A stretch of DNA of 64,000 bases, from contig CM059431.1 in the NCBI GenBank assembly GCA_030390025.1, forward strand, positions 117,058,001 to 117,122,000, written 5' to 3'. This document shows, in pieces, positions 13,561-27,330 of the stretch (its first letter is position 1; each line of letters opens with the position of its first letter). Source of the DNA: Squalus acanthias. Taxonomy: Eukaryota. A model generated the notes under the pieces. It had not been told where the DNA came from, made no database searches, and saw only the letters and a program-made list of their open reading frames with translations. The translations under genes were made by a program, and so were the position numbers.

Positions 13561-13850
13561 GTCAGCCTTGGCTCAGTGGTAACACTCACCTCTGAGTCAG
13601 AAGATCGTGGGTTCAAGCCGCACTCTAGAAACTTGAGCACATAATCCAGGTTGACACTTCAGTGCAGTACTAAAAACAAATTATAAGATAATTAATCGCA
13701 TTGCTGTTTGTGGGTCCTTGCTGTGAGCAAATTGGCTTGTGTGTTTTCCTGCATTACAACAGTGATTACACTTCAAAAGTACTTCATTGGCTGTGAAACA
13801 CTTTGAGATATCCTGAGGTCATGAAAGGCGCTATATAAATGCAGGTTCTT
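13561..13850 (+). mobile_element. tRNA-derived SINE (SacSINE/DeuSINE-like), internally deleted
   Basis: A box TGGCTCAGTGG, B box GGTTCAAGCC, L2-like tail ggcgctatataaatgca. Confidence 0.7.
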
Positions 13851-14499
13851 ACTTTATCTTTTCTTTGACTGGAAGACCAGAATCTCACATCTTCATTGCC
13901 TGTATGTAAAAGATGCAGCTTACTGTTTTAGTCATGTATATATTGTTGTGTAAATTGGCATCTAGTTATACAGTTTGCAACCAAAAATCTATCATCTGGG
14001 GGTTTGCACAATGTTGATATTTGTATGTGATCTTTGGAACTGTACAGCAATAATGAATTTCTTCTCATATCCTGCATGCAGATCAAGATATGGACCTGTT
14101 CTGTACTGTAATTTATGTGGAATGACTAGTTAACTGGTCAATAACTAAGTCCAGTCACACTGGTACCAGCTGAAAAAGTTACAATTCCATCCTGTGGAAA
14201 TACTTTGTCAGTGTTGCAGAGCTATGTGGGTACTGATACACTCTGGATCCATTATGGAGAACATACTTAATCAATGCCGTTAAAATAGTCAGGGTGGAGG
14301 CCGAAAGAGATTTAGGATGGTGTCGGAGTGATGTCGAAGCTGGCGGACGGGCAGTGGGGGAAGTCAGTCGGGGGCTGGCTCACGGTGGGAAGGTGACTTG
14401 CTGAGCAGGAGGCAGTTTCTCTGCAGCGGCAGGCGATGATATCATAGAGCAGGGGGTGGGGGCTGCGGGGCCACTGCTGCATGGGAAATTTAAAGGACA

Positions 14500-15204
14500 C
14501 CCTAGTCACTGGGAGCCCAGGAGTTCCCCAGGGAACTGGAACGGGACCACTGGACTTCCTTGTCTACATCAACGAGCTGCCAGACAAACTACGCAGCACA
14601 GTCAGACTGTTTGCTGATGATTGCGTGAGCTACACCTCAGGAACACCAAAGGAAGACTTCGAAGTGCTCCAAGAAGACCTGAGAAGACAACAAAGTAAGA
14701 TGGGATGCACAATTCACAGAAGTAACGTCCAAAGCCAGTAAGGTACTGGGCTTCCTGAAACGGAACCTCTGGTCGACCGCAAGGAAAGTGAAAGAGCAAG
14801 CCCACACAATGCTAGTTAGACCAATTCTGGAGTACGTTAACCCTGCATGGGACCTGTGCGACAAGGGAAAGATCCAGGAGCTTGAGGCTATCCAGAGGAA
14901 AGCTGCTTGATTCTGTATGAACGGCTCCAAACAGACCAGTAGCGTTACTGCAATGCTGAAAGCCCTAGAGTAGGACATGCTAGAGAGGAGGAGGAGAGAC
15001 TCTAGGCTCCATTTGATGTATCAAATTATCAGTGGGCAAACTGGAATTAGAATGGAAAGCGTGCTACAACCTGCACGGAACAACAGATGAACAAGAGGCA
15101 ATAGCCAGAAACTAACGAGACGACTGGTCAAGAAAGTCGTGCACAGGTTCAGATTTTTTTCCCATGAACAATTGTCGACTGGAACCAGTTAGATAATAAA
15201 ATAG
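14500..15204 (+). mobile_element. CR1-group non-LTR retrotransposon RT fragment
   Basis: GVPQGT..GPL.FLVYINELPD...VRLFADDC; downstream LVRPILEY..PAWD. Confidence 0.8.
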
Positions 15205-15206
15205 TA

Positions 15207-15766
15207 CAGGAAACTCTCGTTTAAACGGCACCTAAATATCCGGAATTCTGTATTAACCGGCATAATTCAGGAGTAGGTTCAGGTAAGTTTTACTGAATAT
15301 TAGTGGCCGTGTAACCGGGGTTCCTGCACCTGTGGCCGTGTAACAGGGACTCCTGCACAAGTGGCCGTGTAACCGGGGCTCCTGCACCTGTGGCTGTGTA
15401 ACCGGGGCTCCTGCACAAGTGGCCGTGTAACCTGGGTTCCTGCACCTGTGGCCGTGTAACAGGGACTCCTGCACAAGTGGCCGTGTAACCGGGGCTCCTG
15501 CACCTGTGGCTGTGTAACCGGGGCTCCTGCACCTGTGGCTGTGTAACCGGGGCTCCTGCACAAGTGGCCGTGTAACCGGGGCTCCTGCACCTGTGGCTGT
15601 GTAACCGGGGCTCCTGCACAAGTGGCCGTGTAACCGGGGCTCCTGCACCTGTGGCTGTGTAACAGGGCTCTCGTACCTTGTCAGGTATACATCTCCGTTA
15701 TCCGGAATTTTTAATAAACCGGCACCATCCTGGTCCCGTACGTGCCAGATACCAAAGAGTTTCCTG
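15207..15766. mobile_element. Tc1/mariner-pogo-type MITE with an internal minisatellite
   Basis: TIR CAGGAAACTCT / AGAGTTTCCTG; TA TSD on both sides. Confidence 0.8.
15303..15671 (+). repeat. 29-bp minisatellite, about 12.5 copies
   Basis: Unit gtggc(c/t)gtgtaaccggggctcctgcac(ct/aa), head to tail with no spacers. Confidence 0.95.
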
Positions 15767-17246
15767 TAACAGCAAGCTCACTGGCCACATTTAACATAAA
15801 CTGAAGAATTTGAATTAGTAATTGCACTGTTGCGCTCACCCAGTGAGCTCACCCCTTACAAAGTTGGCGGAGTACAGCTAGGCTGCATATGCCGACTTAA
15901 CCAAGAGAAAAAAAATCTTTGGTTGCTTGACTTACTTGATAGCAGGTAGTATTATTTACTGCCAGTGCAATGTTGTCAAAGAAAACTATAGCTCAGATGC
16001 AAGAGTAAAGTAGTCAGCATGATTTTACGTCATAGCTCTAAAATCCACTGAAATACTTTGATGAGGTAACTGAATTGGTGGATGAGAACTATCGAGATTT
16101 TATTATTTGACAAAGCTCTACATATGAACCTTTTAAAGAAGATTAAGCCTAGCAAGCTAAGTTTAAAGCAACAACAATAGAAAGCACAAAGTAATGGTAA
16201 ATAGAACAGGCTTTGTCAAGGGGAGCAGTTACTGGTGAAATTTCATGCTGTTTGGTTTGAGATTCCTACTGTGCACATAAATGATATGGATGAGCATATA
16301 TTCAATTGGTCCTCTCCCTCGATCAAAGGATTTTGGTGCCTTTGCCTTTGCTACCTCAGGCCTACTGCAACCTTCCACCAGGTAGTCTCGGAGAGTGGTC
16401 GTAACTGGGGCAGAAAGGAGGAGAATGGGCTGGGAGATCAGGCCCTCACCCCACCAGCGTCTACCTACGACAGGCAGGGAAGGGGACAACTAGTGGCAGT
16501 CCTGACGGAGATGTGAGAGAAGTGATACAATGGATTTTTTCTGTAGGATTCTGCCCAAAATTGGGTGGGATTGCGGCGCAAATGGCAGGAAAATGGGTAG
16601 GCAGCAGTAGGCCTCACAGCCCCATTTTCCAGTTGTTTGTGCTGCAATCCTGCCCAATTTTGGGTGGGAACCTGGAAGAAAATCCAGCTGATTGAATCAT
16701 TTGGCTGAGGATGCACCATGGCCACTCAAAGTAATCAAAAGCAATTATCATTGCAATTTTTTTGGTTCATTATGTGGCAGTTGTTAGTTAATGACCAGTA
16801 GCTTCTCCTTCCTGTCTACGTTTGAGTGAAATGGCATGGTTAACTTATAAGAAGGCAATTACCTGAGTCAATTAGAAAAGTCTGATGGCCAATTTATCAA
16901 GCTAGGGACACATTTAAAGTGTGACACGCACATTTAATGTGCGATGTGTACGAGGTGCAAGACTTTTAAAATAACCTATCAAAATTGTCTTGTTTCTGTG
17001 TAAACAAGTAAAGGGCATTGGGAGAAAGCCTGAATCATACCATCAATTGCTAATGGCTCGATATTTCTTTTCCTCTGTAAAAACAACAGATTAGCTGAAA
17101 CCATTCCATAAAGAGAGAATGGCAGAACATCTTCTGATGAAGAACATTATAACAGAATGAAACTCTACTTTTATGCTTGAGCACCACGCAAAGTCATTTT
17201 TTTTTTAAAGTTACAATTTCATGGCAACAGATTAAGAGATTTGCAG

Positions 17247-17590
17247 CAGCTTACACATCCTCAGTGGACCATATTTGAGGAGCTTGCCAATTTGCTAAAG
17301 CCATTCAAACATGCCACTTGCGAGATGGATTGCAACTTAGCCTCCATTAGCAAAGTCATCCCAATTGCATTTGCATTGCAATAGTGCATGGTAGACATTT
17401 TCAGATGGAAAACTGTCCAAATTTGTATTGAGCTACCAATTGTTGTTAAGAATTTGTTTTTGAGAAACTTGATTTTCAAGGTATATGTTGCCGAACCTTT
17501 TCCTGCCGTGAATGCAGGTAATTTGTGTGAGCTAGTCTTTCGCATGGAGGGGCATGGCTATGTAAATGAGCACAGAGGGTGTTGGCGGAT
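17247..17590 (+). pseudogene. Degenerate hAT (ZBED-like) transposase fragment
   Basis: LTHPQWTIFEELANLLKPFKHATCE...SISKVIP; downstream ELVFRMEG...NEHR resembles the hAT ERxFS dimerisation motif. Confidence 0.45.
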
Positions 17591-18010
17591 GTATCTTAGA
17601 AGCTGCGCAAACAATCAAGGAAATTTTTGCATAGCGGTGTATCGGCATAAAACTGATACGCACGAATTTCCTTTGAAAAATCGTCGTAAATCTGCTCTGA
17701 CACCGCAGTTGTGCCGAAACTTGCCATTAATTTCCTTTTACTAATGATACAGGTAATATTGAGATTGGGTAATGGGAATGATTACTAGTATAATAATAGG
17801 AGAAACACAAAGCAATTTATTTTATTCTGCAGTTATACATAGATAAGTGTAATCTTATATGCGCATGCAAGTTTAATATAGTGGGTCTGTTATGCACATG
17901 TTACCTGATAGTCACTAGATTAGTACATGACTTTTCATGCCTTGGCAGGAAATTCTCTTTACTGCAATGGATAGGAATCAGATTTGTCCTAACTTCCCAT
18001 TTGTCCCATA

Positions 18011-20510
18011 TAGAATCATAGAACGATATAGCTCAGAAGAAGGCCATTTGGCCCATCGTGCTTGTGCCGGCTCTTTGGTAGAACTATCCAATTAGTTCCA
18101 CTCCCTTGCTCTTTCTCCATAGCCCTGTAATTTTATTTTCCCTCCAAGTATTTATCCAATTCTCTTTTGAATGTTACTGTTGAATGTGCTTCCATCACCC
18201 TTTCAGGCAGTGCATTCCAGATCACAACAACTCGCTATGTAAAAAAAAATGTTTCCTCATGTTGCCTCTGTTTTTTTTGCAAATCACCTTAAATCTGTGT
18301 CCTCTGGTTACCAACCCTTCTGCCACTGGAAACAATTTCTCCTATTTACTCTATCAAAACCATTCATGAATTTCAACAGATCTATCAAATCTCCTCTTAA
18401 CCTTCTCTGCTCTAAGGCGAACAACTTAGCTTCTCCAGTCTCTCCACATAACTGAAGTCCCTCATCCCCAGTAACATTTTACTAAATCTCTTCTGCACCC
18501 TCTCAAAGACCATGACATCCTTCCTAAAGTGTGGTGCCCATAATTGAACACAATAATCTAGTTGAAGCCTAACTAGTGTTTTATAAAGGTTTAGCATAAC
18601 CTCCTTGCTGTTGTACTCTATTCCTCTTTTAATAAAGTCTAGGATCCCACATGCTTTTTATCAGCCATCTCAACTTGTCCTGCTGCCTTCAAAGATTTGC
18701 GTACATACACCCCCAGGTCTCTCTGTTCCTGCACCCCCTTTAAAATTGTACCATTTAGTTCATATTGCCTCTCCTAATTTTTCCTACCAAAATGTGTCGC
18801 TTCATACTTCTCTGCATTAAATTTCATCTGCCATATGTCTGTCCATTTCATCAGTCGGTCTATGTCCTCCTGAAGTCTGTTACTATCCTCCTCACTGTTT
18901 ACTACATTACCAAGTTTTGTGTTATCTGCAAACTTTGTAATTATGCCCTGTATACCCAAGTCCACACCATTAATATATATCAAAAAGAGAGGTGGTCTGA
19001 ATGACTTTCATTTATTAGGCACCAAAAAGGAGATATTCTTGTGGAGGCAGAGAGTATGGCTAAGGTATTAAATGAGTAATTTGCATCTGTCTTCACTAGA
19101 GAAGAGGATGCTGCCAATGTAGCAGCAAAGGAGGAAGCAAGCAATTGGATAGGATAAAAATAGATAAAAGAGGAAGTACTTCAAAAATGTTATTTAATTT
19201 TCCAAATGCTGATTAATTTTGTTCCAGATTATTGCCTCTAAAAGTTTCCCCACCTCCTACGTTGGGCTGTAGTTGCTGGGTTTATCCCTCTCCCCTTTTT
19301 TAAACAGGGGTGTAACATTTGCAATCTTCCAGACCTCTGGCACCACCCCAAGATCCAAGGAGGATTGGAAGATTATGGCCAGCGCCTCCACAATTTCCAC
19401 CCTTACTTCCCTCAGTAACCGAGGGATGCATCCCACCCGGACTTTTCTCCTTTGAGGATTGGCAACCTTTTAAGTACAGGAAACTCTTTGGTATCCGGCA
19501 CCGACGGGACCGTCGTGGTGCCAGTTGATCGAAAGTTCCGGATAACGGAGAGTTATATCTACCGAGGCTATTTTTAACATAAAAAAATCAAGAAATGTGC
19601 AGTATACAGTATTTGGTTACTCACCTACAGAATGTTGTGTTAAATGGATGGTGGAAGATGCTTGATTAAGTACAGTACTGCCAGTTGAGGGTAATCCATA
19701 ACTCTTTAATTACTTAACAGTAAGTGAGACTCCCGGCAGCGCGGGAGAATCAGACTCCTGTTACTGCAGTGTTCGGACTTCCGACAGCGCCAGGAGGCCG
19801 AGTAGTGGCACTTTGGAGAACTACCCCCACTGACTAACTCGGCGTTCGCGGGAGACTCGACTCGGACTCGGCAACATTGCCGGTTATTTGAGAGGAGTTT
19901 TCGGAGTACTCGGCGTTCGCGGGAGGCTCGGACTCGGACTCGGCAACATTGCCGGTTATTTGAGAGGAGTTTTCGGAGTATGATTTTTGCCAGTTAAGAG
20001 AGAATTCCGGATATTTAGGTGCCGGTTAAACAAGAGTTTCCTGTACATCCTCTTTATCTTTTTGGAGTCGAATCATCCGCAACCTTTCTTTGAGTACCCT
20101 TCTACTATTTATTTGTTTCTAAAAGACTTTTGGGTTTCCATTTTTTGTCAGCAGCTAATCTATTCTCATACTCTCTCTTTGCCCCTCTTGTGCCCTTTAT
20201 TAGATCTTCTCTCTATTTTCTATATGCAGCTTGGTTCTCTACTGTATTATGAACCTTACAATTTTCATAAGCCTCCTTTTTCTGTCATTTTTACCTCAAT
20301 ATCTTTAGTCATGCAGGGAGCTCCTACTTTGTATGCACTTCCTTTTCTCCTTGTGGGAATGTGTCGACTCTGTACCTGAACCATCTCCTCTTTGAAGGCC
20401 TCCTATTATTCAATTACTGTTTTGCCTACCAATTTTTGATTCCAATCTACCTGGGCCAGATCCCTTTTCAACTCACTGAAGTTAGCCCTGTTCCAGTTAA
20501 GTATGTTTAT
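18011..20510 (-). mobile_element. Rearranged CR1 LINE (short inverted piece about 19020-19190; MITE insertion)
   Basis: IYINGVDLG...KFADNTKLG, LVRLQLDYCVQLWAPHFRKD; CR1 3' tail at 18011. Confidence 0.8.
19477..20043. mobile_element. Second copy of the pogo-type MITE, opposite orientation to 15207-15766
   Basis: CAGGAAACTCT...AGAGTTTCCTG with TA TSD; internal duplication of about 70 bp at 19837-19980. Confidence 0.8.
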
Positions 20511-20859
20511 GCTTTATGGCGACCACAATAAGGGAACATTTATTGCTGCTATTTTTTGCTGTGTTTGGAGATCTATCTGTCATTTGATGGGTTCGCGTTC
20601 AACTATGTATTCTGAAAGTGCAATATGGCTACATTTAATAGAATATGCCCACCAATTTTGTCTAATTCTTTTTTAGACTTTTGTTGTGTTTTAAACTTAA
20701 GTTGAAAATTGTGAACCTCGCACCAAAGTGGGACATTGTTTTGTGGTACATTTTACTGGTGTTTCCAGGTGCCTTTAAACCTTCTGCATTATTATGGACA
20801 ACTAGAGATCTGCCCTTTAAAAGTAAATGTCCTGGTTGCACCCCTGGCAGGGTCTTTTG

Positions 20860-21600
20860 CCAGCAAACGAGGATGGAAAAAGAAGCACAGCTGCCTGCCT
20901 GAGAAGCTTCCTTGTTCCTGGTTGCCAAACTCAGAGCCTTCTGGCTACTGTTGTCCAACAACAGTTAGGGCTCTGGTTGACCCTGTGGATATGCTTGTAG
21001 CAGAGTTCCGCAGCCAAACGCGGGTTCCTGAAAGGAGTCATAAGACATGTGCAGGGGATAACACTTGTCCCAAGCAGACAGCCTTTAACTTGCAGTGGGA
21101 GGGATGGACGATTGACACACTTAAAGCACTTGGCAGGAAAGCAGCCACAGACCTGCATGATGTGCAGCTGGCCATCACACACCCGTTGCATATTAATAGA
21201 GTGGAAGCTTTTGCAACTCACGAAGGCAGTCGCATTGTGTGAAAGGGCTTGAAGAGTGATGTGGGTGCAGTTAACAAGATCCTAGACTTGGGGGAATCTT
21301 GCAGTCTGTGTAAACCCCAGAGCCATATCCTCATGCTTGTTTGTGATGATTATTTGTGCCCTAGCAAATAAGGCATCAGTCAACTGTTTAATACATACAT
21401 GGAATGTAGATTGACTGATGTTGCTGACATCTCTTATGGCAGCCTGGAGGAGATGAGTCCCTCCATCATCTTGTGGAGGGAGTGAGAGCATGTAGGGAGA
21501 TTCTCTTCATCTACATTATCAGGTCGCCATCTTACCATGCAGCCCTCACACTGAGCCTCATCGTTATGCATTGACAGCAAATAACAACACAAAAGGAGGC
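20860..21600 (-). pseudogene. Highly degraded Harbinger transposase
   Basis: FHSINMQRVCD, LMTPFRNP, ISQSTFHVCIKQLTDALFAR, ARFPQV. Confidence 0.7.
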
Positions 21601-22357
21601 AACTTGGTATTGCCAACCCACTCCATCAAATTGTCAGTGTAAAGCTCTATGCCATTCCATTCCTTACACTCATACCATCACTCTCACTGAACCTTCTCTT
21701 CTTTCTCTCCTTGCAAGAAAAGATAGCCCACAATAAGAGGGAGAGGGAGAGAACGGGAGGAGGGCCTCCACCAACCATGTCATATCTGGCGAGTGCAGAG
21801 GAGGCAGCACTGGAGATTGCTGGAGTGGTGGACGTTCCGCAAGTGGGAGACGGAGAGAGGGGCTCAGTAGAAGAAGCTGGTGACAGAATGAATTTACATA
21901 CAATTGCATGCCTTTCATCATTGCCTCATATGGGGTGTGATGTTAAGACAAGTTGAATGCTCATCTTGTGGATAATGGCATGTGTCTGCAGTAGACATCC
22001 TGTATATCTAACTGATGTCTTCACTCTCCCACAGCTCCATCAAGAGCGTGCCCCAATGTCCAGGAGCAACAACAAATCTCCTCAGAGGAGCCTCCTGCCT
22101 CTGAGGGTGCAGCATCACCTCAGACAACAGCAACCCAGCACCAGCGCAGAGTCGCACACCTCAGTGGGTATGTCACGAGATAGATTGGTGTTGTCACCTG
22201 GTGTCTCACAGATCACAACTGAGCAACAGCAGATGGTGGAGACATTGACAGCAGTGGAGACTCCTCATTGGAGGGCGCAGGAGTCTCCTAGCTCTGCTCA
22301 GCTGCATGCAGACGCTGAGCCTCGGGGGCCATCCAGGAAGAGGGCGATCCTGGAGCT

Positions 22358-24037
22358 TGTAAGGGGTTTTGTCGTGCTTGTATCACAGACGGTGCTGGTG
22401 CGAGGTTAGGTCTTCATTGCCTAATACTATTGCTTGCTCTGGTCTCCGGCCAGCCTTGTTGCAATAAGCACCTGTGAGTGGTTCGACCCACTCGCCCTTA
22501 CGGTTCTAACACTGGACTTAGGTGCGAGAGCAGTAATGCAGAGAAAACTCAAATAGACCCGGTTGAATAGTACAAAATGGAAATCTTTATTGCATAGCGT
22601 CCAAAATCATGAAGTACATGTCATAGGCGCAAATTAACGAGAGTACAAGTATACATACATTCATAAAGCTTGGTCTATGGTAATGAAGAACGCACGGCAC
22701 ATCATAAAAAGGGGGAACACATTATACTTTATCCTAAATAAAACCACCCTCCCTTATCAATACCTACACTACGTCTAGATTTGTAGGATCGGGAAACATG
22801 CTCACCACTCGTGATACTTCGGAGAATTTTTAAAGTGAGGCACTCGGCTCGTTTCGCTGCAGCGCCTGACTGTCACGTGTTTGGAAGGGTCTCTGTACCC
22901 CACTTGTTTATCTTCGCTGCTGCGACAAGCAGGCCGGGCTCCCCATTGTCATGAAGAACTCGACAGAACTCGGGCCCGGTTGTAGAACTCACAGAAAAGT
23001 CTTCCTGTACCGACACCAGTTGTCGGTAGAATTCAATGAAGAGTCTTCCTATGTGATGAAGAAGTCGATGGACCCAAACCGGTTCGTGGAATAACCCGTA
23101 GAATTCAAGAAATTAGTTCTATATTTTCGGGCGCGGTCGGGGTTTACTGACCGCAGCGGCACGTGGATTCTTCTTCTTTTCTTGTCATTTCGTCTTGTCT
23201 TGTTGGGCCTTCGGGTCTAGACACCGTTTACCGACTCTCGGGATGGTGCACCCGGTCACTTGCCCTTGTCGAGGCGGCTCGTTCCGATTGAGCTCCACCC
23301 AACATTCGAAGCCGAATCAAAAGTACAGCAGTCAGCAGCGAGATAAGAGAATAAGAGACGATTCGAGCGAATAAGAGTCGAAAATCAAGAGACCGATGAA
23401 CATTTGTTCACTATAGTTATAGTGCTGTGTTCCCTTATCTCCCGCTCAAATCTTAATGTTTGTCCTTTGTGAAATATTGGCGCTCAAAACTCCCAGCATG
23501 GGGCAATTCTTTCCTTAACGGGTTTCGGTAGCACCTGAAACTGGCCAACTACCCGTTAATGTTTTCCCCATTGTTGACCCAGCCAGGATTGTATGAATCG
23601 TCTCCCTGACTGGTTTTGGGGGCCCCCGAATACTCGTTTAATCACCCGTCGATGTCTCTCTCATTGTAGAGCCGTGGGGGTATTTGTGTATTGATGTGTC
23701 TGGATGGGCCTTCGATTGCCCAGTACAATGGTCCTTACTTGTGCATGGAAAACGATTCCAGCACTTATATCTTTTGCTATTGTCACAAATGCAAACAGGT
23801 TGCATCCTGTCTTTATCAGTGTTTATCGAGTATGATCCAGTCTTATATTGAAATGTTTATTCGAACGCCATCTTGTCTGCCCACTGTAATTCTGGAAGCT
23901 TCTGCCACGATGCGCGGCGGCCATTTTACAGGCTTCTGTGTCCTTTATATCATGACAGCATTTCGTTTAAATAAACTGATCAAACAAATCTGCTTCTATC
24001 TTGTTATTTCGAATCGCGATAATTGCGAAACTTTACA
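22358..24037 (-). mobile_element. Solo LTR (1680 bp), same family as 5895-7631
   Basis: TGTAA...TTACA; AGCT TSD (22354-22357, 24038-24041); long near-identical blocks shared with 5895-7631; splits the Myb-like exon 3 frame (…AILEL|QEQVQEAL…). Confidence 0.93.
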
Positions 24038-24804
24038 AGCTGCAGGAACAAGTGCAGGAAGCTCTGACTGGTTTTGCGACCACGGTGACTGCGAGTGTGC
24101 AGAGAATGGAGGAGTCCATCTCCAGCATGAGCAACACCGTGGCACAGTCACTGGCAACTATAGCTTCCTCCATGGATAGGATGACCACCTGCATGGAGGA
24201 GACACGGCACCAGTCACATGAGAACATGTTTTCTCTTCAAAATAGATGCTCATCTATGGAGGAGAGATGGACATCTATGGAGGAGAGAAACCAGAGGTTC
24301 ATAGACGTCCTTTGTAGGAGAGATGTCAGCATAGAGGTTGGCCCTCATGGCCCCACTGAAGTGCAGCAAGGTGCTCTCCAGCTACTTGCTAGCAGGGAAG
24401 TGCTGGTGGCCCATGAGAGGGATGATGGTGAGAGGGGACATGGAAGTGGGGGCTCCACTCCAAATGCTCTGACTTCCACCCCCTTGCCAACCCCTCAGTC
24501 AGAGCCCCAGATGCCTCCCCGGACAGTGATGGCCGAGTCTGTGCATGCACAGTCACAGGGGGAGCAGACTTTGGCAGAACCATCAGTGGCTCCAAAACCC
24601 AGAGGATGACTGCCAAAGGCATCTAAGCAGGTGCAACATGGAGATGAGGAGGCTGACTCTACCTCTGCTGAAGCTGCAGGGGTAGCACGACATAGAAGCA
24701 CCCGGAAAAGAAAGATCCCACGCAAATAGTCACAAGGGTAGTCACTCAGGTGTGTCTTTCTTTAACAATGTCATGTTAGTATTCGATCAAGTGCTGTTAA
24801 TAAA

Positions 24805-26247
24805 TTATGTAATTGTCACAATTGGAGGTCGTTGGCAAATTTGTGCGATGAAATGGAAATGGCAGAGTGAAGGGTCAGGGCTCATTTCACACCCAGCAAT
24901 GGTGGTGAGAGTCAAAACAAGGGATGAATCATTGTTTGACTGCTGCATGGTGTTGATGTTGGGTGCTGCAAACAAGTGTACGTGGGTGGCAGCCACATGT
25001 ATGAGCTGCATCAAGTTATTGATGAGGGTATCCCTGGCGTGACGGGCTGCATCGTGCTCACATACTGGTCGCAGTGGGACTGCCGGCACATCCAGGTGTT
25101 CCTCATCCTCGTCACCAACCTCATGGTTAGCCTCCTCGTCCTCCGATGAGGCCCTGCGCTCAGCGCCATCTTCCTCATCCAGTACTAATCCTCGCTGCTG
25201 CCCTATGTTGTGCAGGGCGCAGCACACCATGATTATTCGGGAGACCCTGGCTGGTGTGTACTGAAGGGCTCCTCCAGATCTGTCGAGGCATCGGAAGCGC
25301 ATTTTGAGCAAACCTATTGTCCGCTCGATGACACTTCTTGTGGAGATGTGGCTTTGATTATAACATCCCTCAGGCTTGTTTGTTGGCCTCCTCAAAGGTG
25401 TCATGAGCCGCGTCTTCAGGGGATAGCCCTTTTCTCCAAGTAGCCAGCCGGCAAGACTGTTTGGCGGTGCGAAGAGCTGAGGGACGATGGAATGGTGCAG
25501 GATGTACGAGTCATGGCAGCTGCCAGAGAACTTGGTGCACACATGGATGATAATCTTCCTATGGATGCAGACCAGCTGAACGTTGAGGGAGTGGAAGCCC
25601 TTAAGGTTAACAAATGCCACTGGGTTGTGATGGGGTGCCCTGATGGCCACATGTGCATAGTCGATGACTCCCTGTACCTGTGGGAAGCCAGCTAGCGCGG
25701 CAAAGCCGAGCGCACGCTCATTGACACTGGCTTCATCAGTGGCAAAATGTGTATAGGTTGCGGACTTGTTAAAGAGGGCATGGGTTACCTGTGTGATGCA
25801 TCTGTGTGCGGCCGACTGCAAGATGCCACAAAGGTCTGCTGCAGATGCCTGGAAGGAGCCTGAGGCGAAGAAGTTGAGGGCAAGGGTGAGTTTGACAGCC
25901 ACTGGTAAGGAGTTTCCACCCCTTCCTCTGGGCTGCAGGTCTTGCTCCGGTAAAGCGCAAATGTCGGCGACAACCTGGCGCGATAGCCTGAGCCTCCTTT
26001 GGCACTGCTGCTCCGTCATGTTGAGGAAACTCACCCTCTGCCTGTATACCCTGTGTTGGGGGTATGATCTCTGACATAGTGCAGCCCTGCGCTGATGCTC
26101 ACTGCCCTGTGCAGCATCAGGTGGTTGAGGAGGAGGTTGGCGCTCTTGTTGTTGCTGCTGGTGGTGGTGTGGATGGTTCTGCTGCTGCTGCGGGTGATCG
26201 TCATCAGATTCGGAGTACCAAGGTGAGAGATCATAAACAGTGCCCAT
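24805..26247 (-). CDS. Harbinger DDE transposase ORF (480 aa), probably inactive
   Basis: Open frame with VIDYAH, LLGEKGY (D>E at the second catalytic Asp), IERTIG; the C-terminus appears to run past the usual stop. Confidence 0.85.
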   Translation of the reverse strand: MGTVYDLSPWYSESDDDHPQQQQNHPHHHQQQQQERQPPPQPPDAAQGSEHQRRAALCQRSYPQHRVYRQRVSFLNMTEQQCQRRLRLSRQVVADICALPEQDLQPRGRGGNSLPVAVKLTLALNFFASGSFQASAADLCGILQSAAHRCITQVTHALFNKSATYTHFATDEASVNERALGFAALAGFPQVQGVIDYAHVAIRAPHHNPVAFVNLKGFHSLNVQLVCIHRKIIIHVCTKFSGSCHDSYILHHSIVPQLFAPPNSLAGWLLGEKGYPLKTRLMTPLRRPTNKPEGCYNQSHISTRSVIERTIGLLKMRFRCLDRSGGALQYTPARVSRIIMVCCALHNIGQQRGLVLDEEDGAERRASSEDEEANHEVGDEDEEHLDVPAVPLRPVCEHDAARHARDTLINNLMQLIHVAATHVHLFAAPNINTMQQSNNDSSLVLTLTTIAGCEMSPDPSLCHFHFIAQICQRPPIVTIT

Positions 26248-26800
26248 TGTGATGTTTCAGATGCCAGGTGAAGTTGAGATGACAGAGCCAATCTATCAAG
26301 GGTGAGATATGATGTTGCAAGGAGGTGACAGTGAATAAAGAGTCCACTGCAAACACTTCCCAAATGCATAAAGCTGAAAAATCTCTTCTGAATACTGAAG
26401 GCTGAAGCTTCTGAGATTGGAAAGTGACCAGCTGTAAAATGGCAGGTTTTAAACCACTTTTGCAGCTGCCACCTAGTGAAAGAAATGTAGAGTTGTTCAG
26501 AACCCGACATACTTACCTGGCGAGATCCCCGAGTGACGGGAACCTCGTGGAAAACTTGGCAAAATGCTTTGGAACTGGGAAAATGGGGATTTAATTACTT
26601 TAAACACCCTCCTAACAAGCACAATTGAATGTCCCGCCACTTAGTGCCGTGTCTGCAAAGCGCAGGCAGAATCGGCACTTGGGAAACTGACAAGGAGGCG
26701 GGTTTAGAGCGGGATAACGGCCCACTGTCAATCCTTTGGATTTTGACAGCCGACCCGCCTCCAAACCCGCCCTCTGAGCGCCGGCAAAATTCAGCCCTAA

Positions 26801-27330
26801 GTGTGGAACCGGTTGAGGGCGCTCTCATTGAGCAGGACAACAGAAGATAGGCATTGGAGAAGGATGGTGTGGTCGACAATGTCAAAAGCTGAAGCGGTTG
26901 AGGAGGATGAGGAAGGATGATCCACCATGGTGACAGTCACAGGGAATGTAATTTATGATTTTGAATAGGTCCTGGGGCGGGGCAGAAACCTAATTGGAAG
27001 GAATTCAAACAAGAAGTTGGGGGAGAGGTCACAAATCTGGGAGGCAACAACACGTGCAAGGACTTTGGAGAGGAAAGGAAGGTTGGAGGTGGAGCAGTCG
27101 TTTGGAAGATTAGAGCGGTCGAGAGTGGGTTTTTTGAGTAAGGGGCTGCTGACAGCAGTTTTCAAAGGAAAGGGATAGTGACTGAGAATAGGGAACCATT
27201 TAGAATGTCAGCTAGCTATAGGGCCAGGTAAGAAATTTGGGTGGTCAGCAATTTAGTGGGATTGAGGTCAAGGGAGTGGAAGGTGGGTTTCACGGATAAA
27301 ATAAGCTTAGAGAAGACATGGGCGGAGATG
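26801..27330 (-). mobile_element. L2 LINE RT fragment
   Basis: PLLKKPTLD...SNLPFLSKVLARVVASQ. Confidence 0.7.

Larger units (their letters stand above)
21700..26797. mobile_element. Harbinger transposon, left end not found, interrupted by a solo LTR
   Basis: Myb-like exons 2-3 (+; EKIAHNKRERERTGGGP), transposase (-), right TIR AAAATTCAGCCC followed by TAA at 26798-26800. Confidence 0.8.

Noticed and set aside
13561..13630. tRNA gene
   Set aside because: A and B boxes are present, but the sequence runs into a SINE body and tail; it is a SINE head
15303..15671. CRISPR-like repeat array
   Set aside because: Units are contiguous with no unique spacers, there are no cas genes, and the context is eukaryotic; it is a minisatellite
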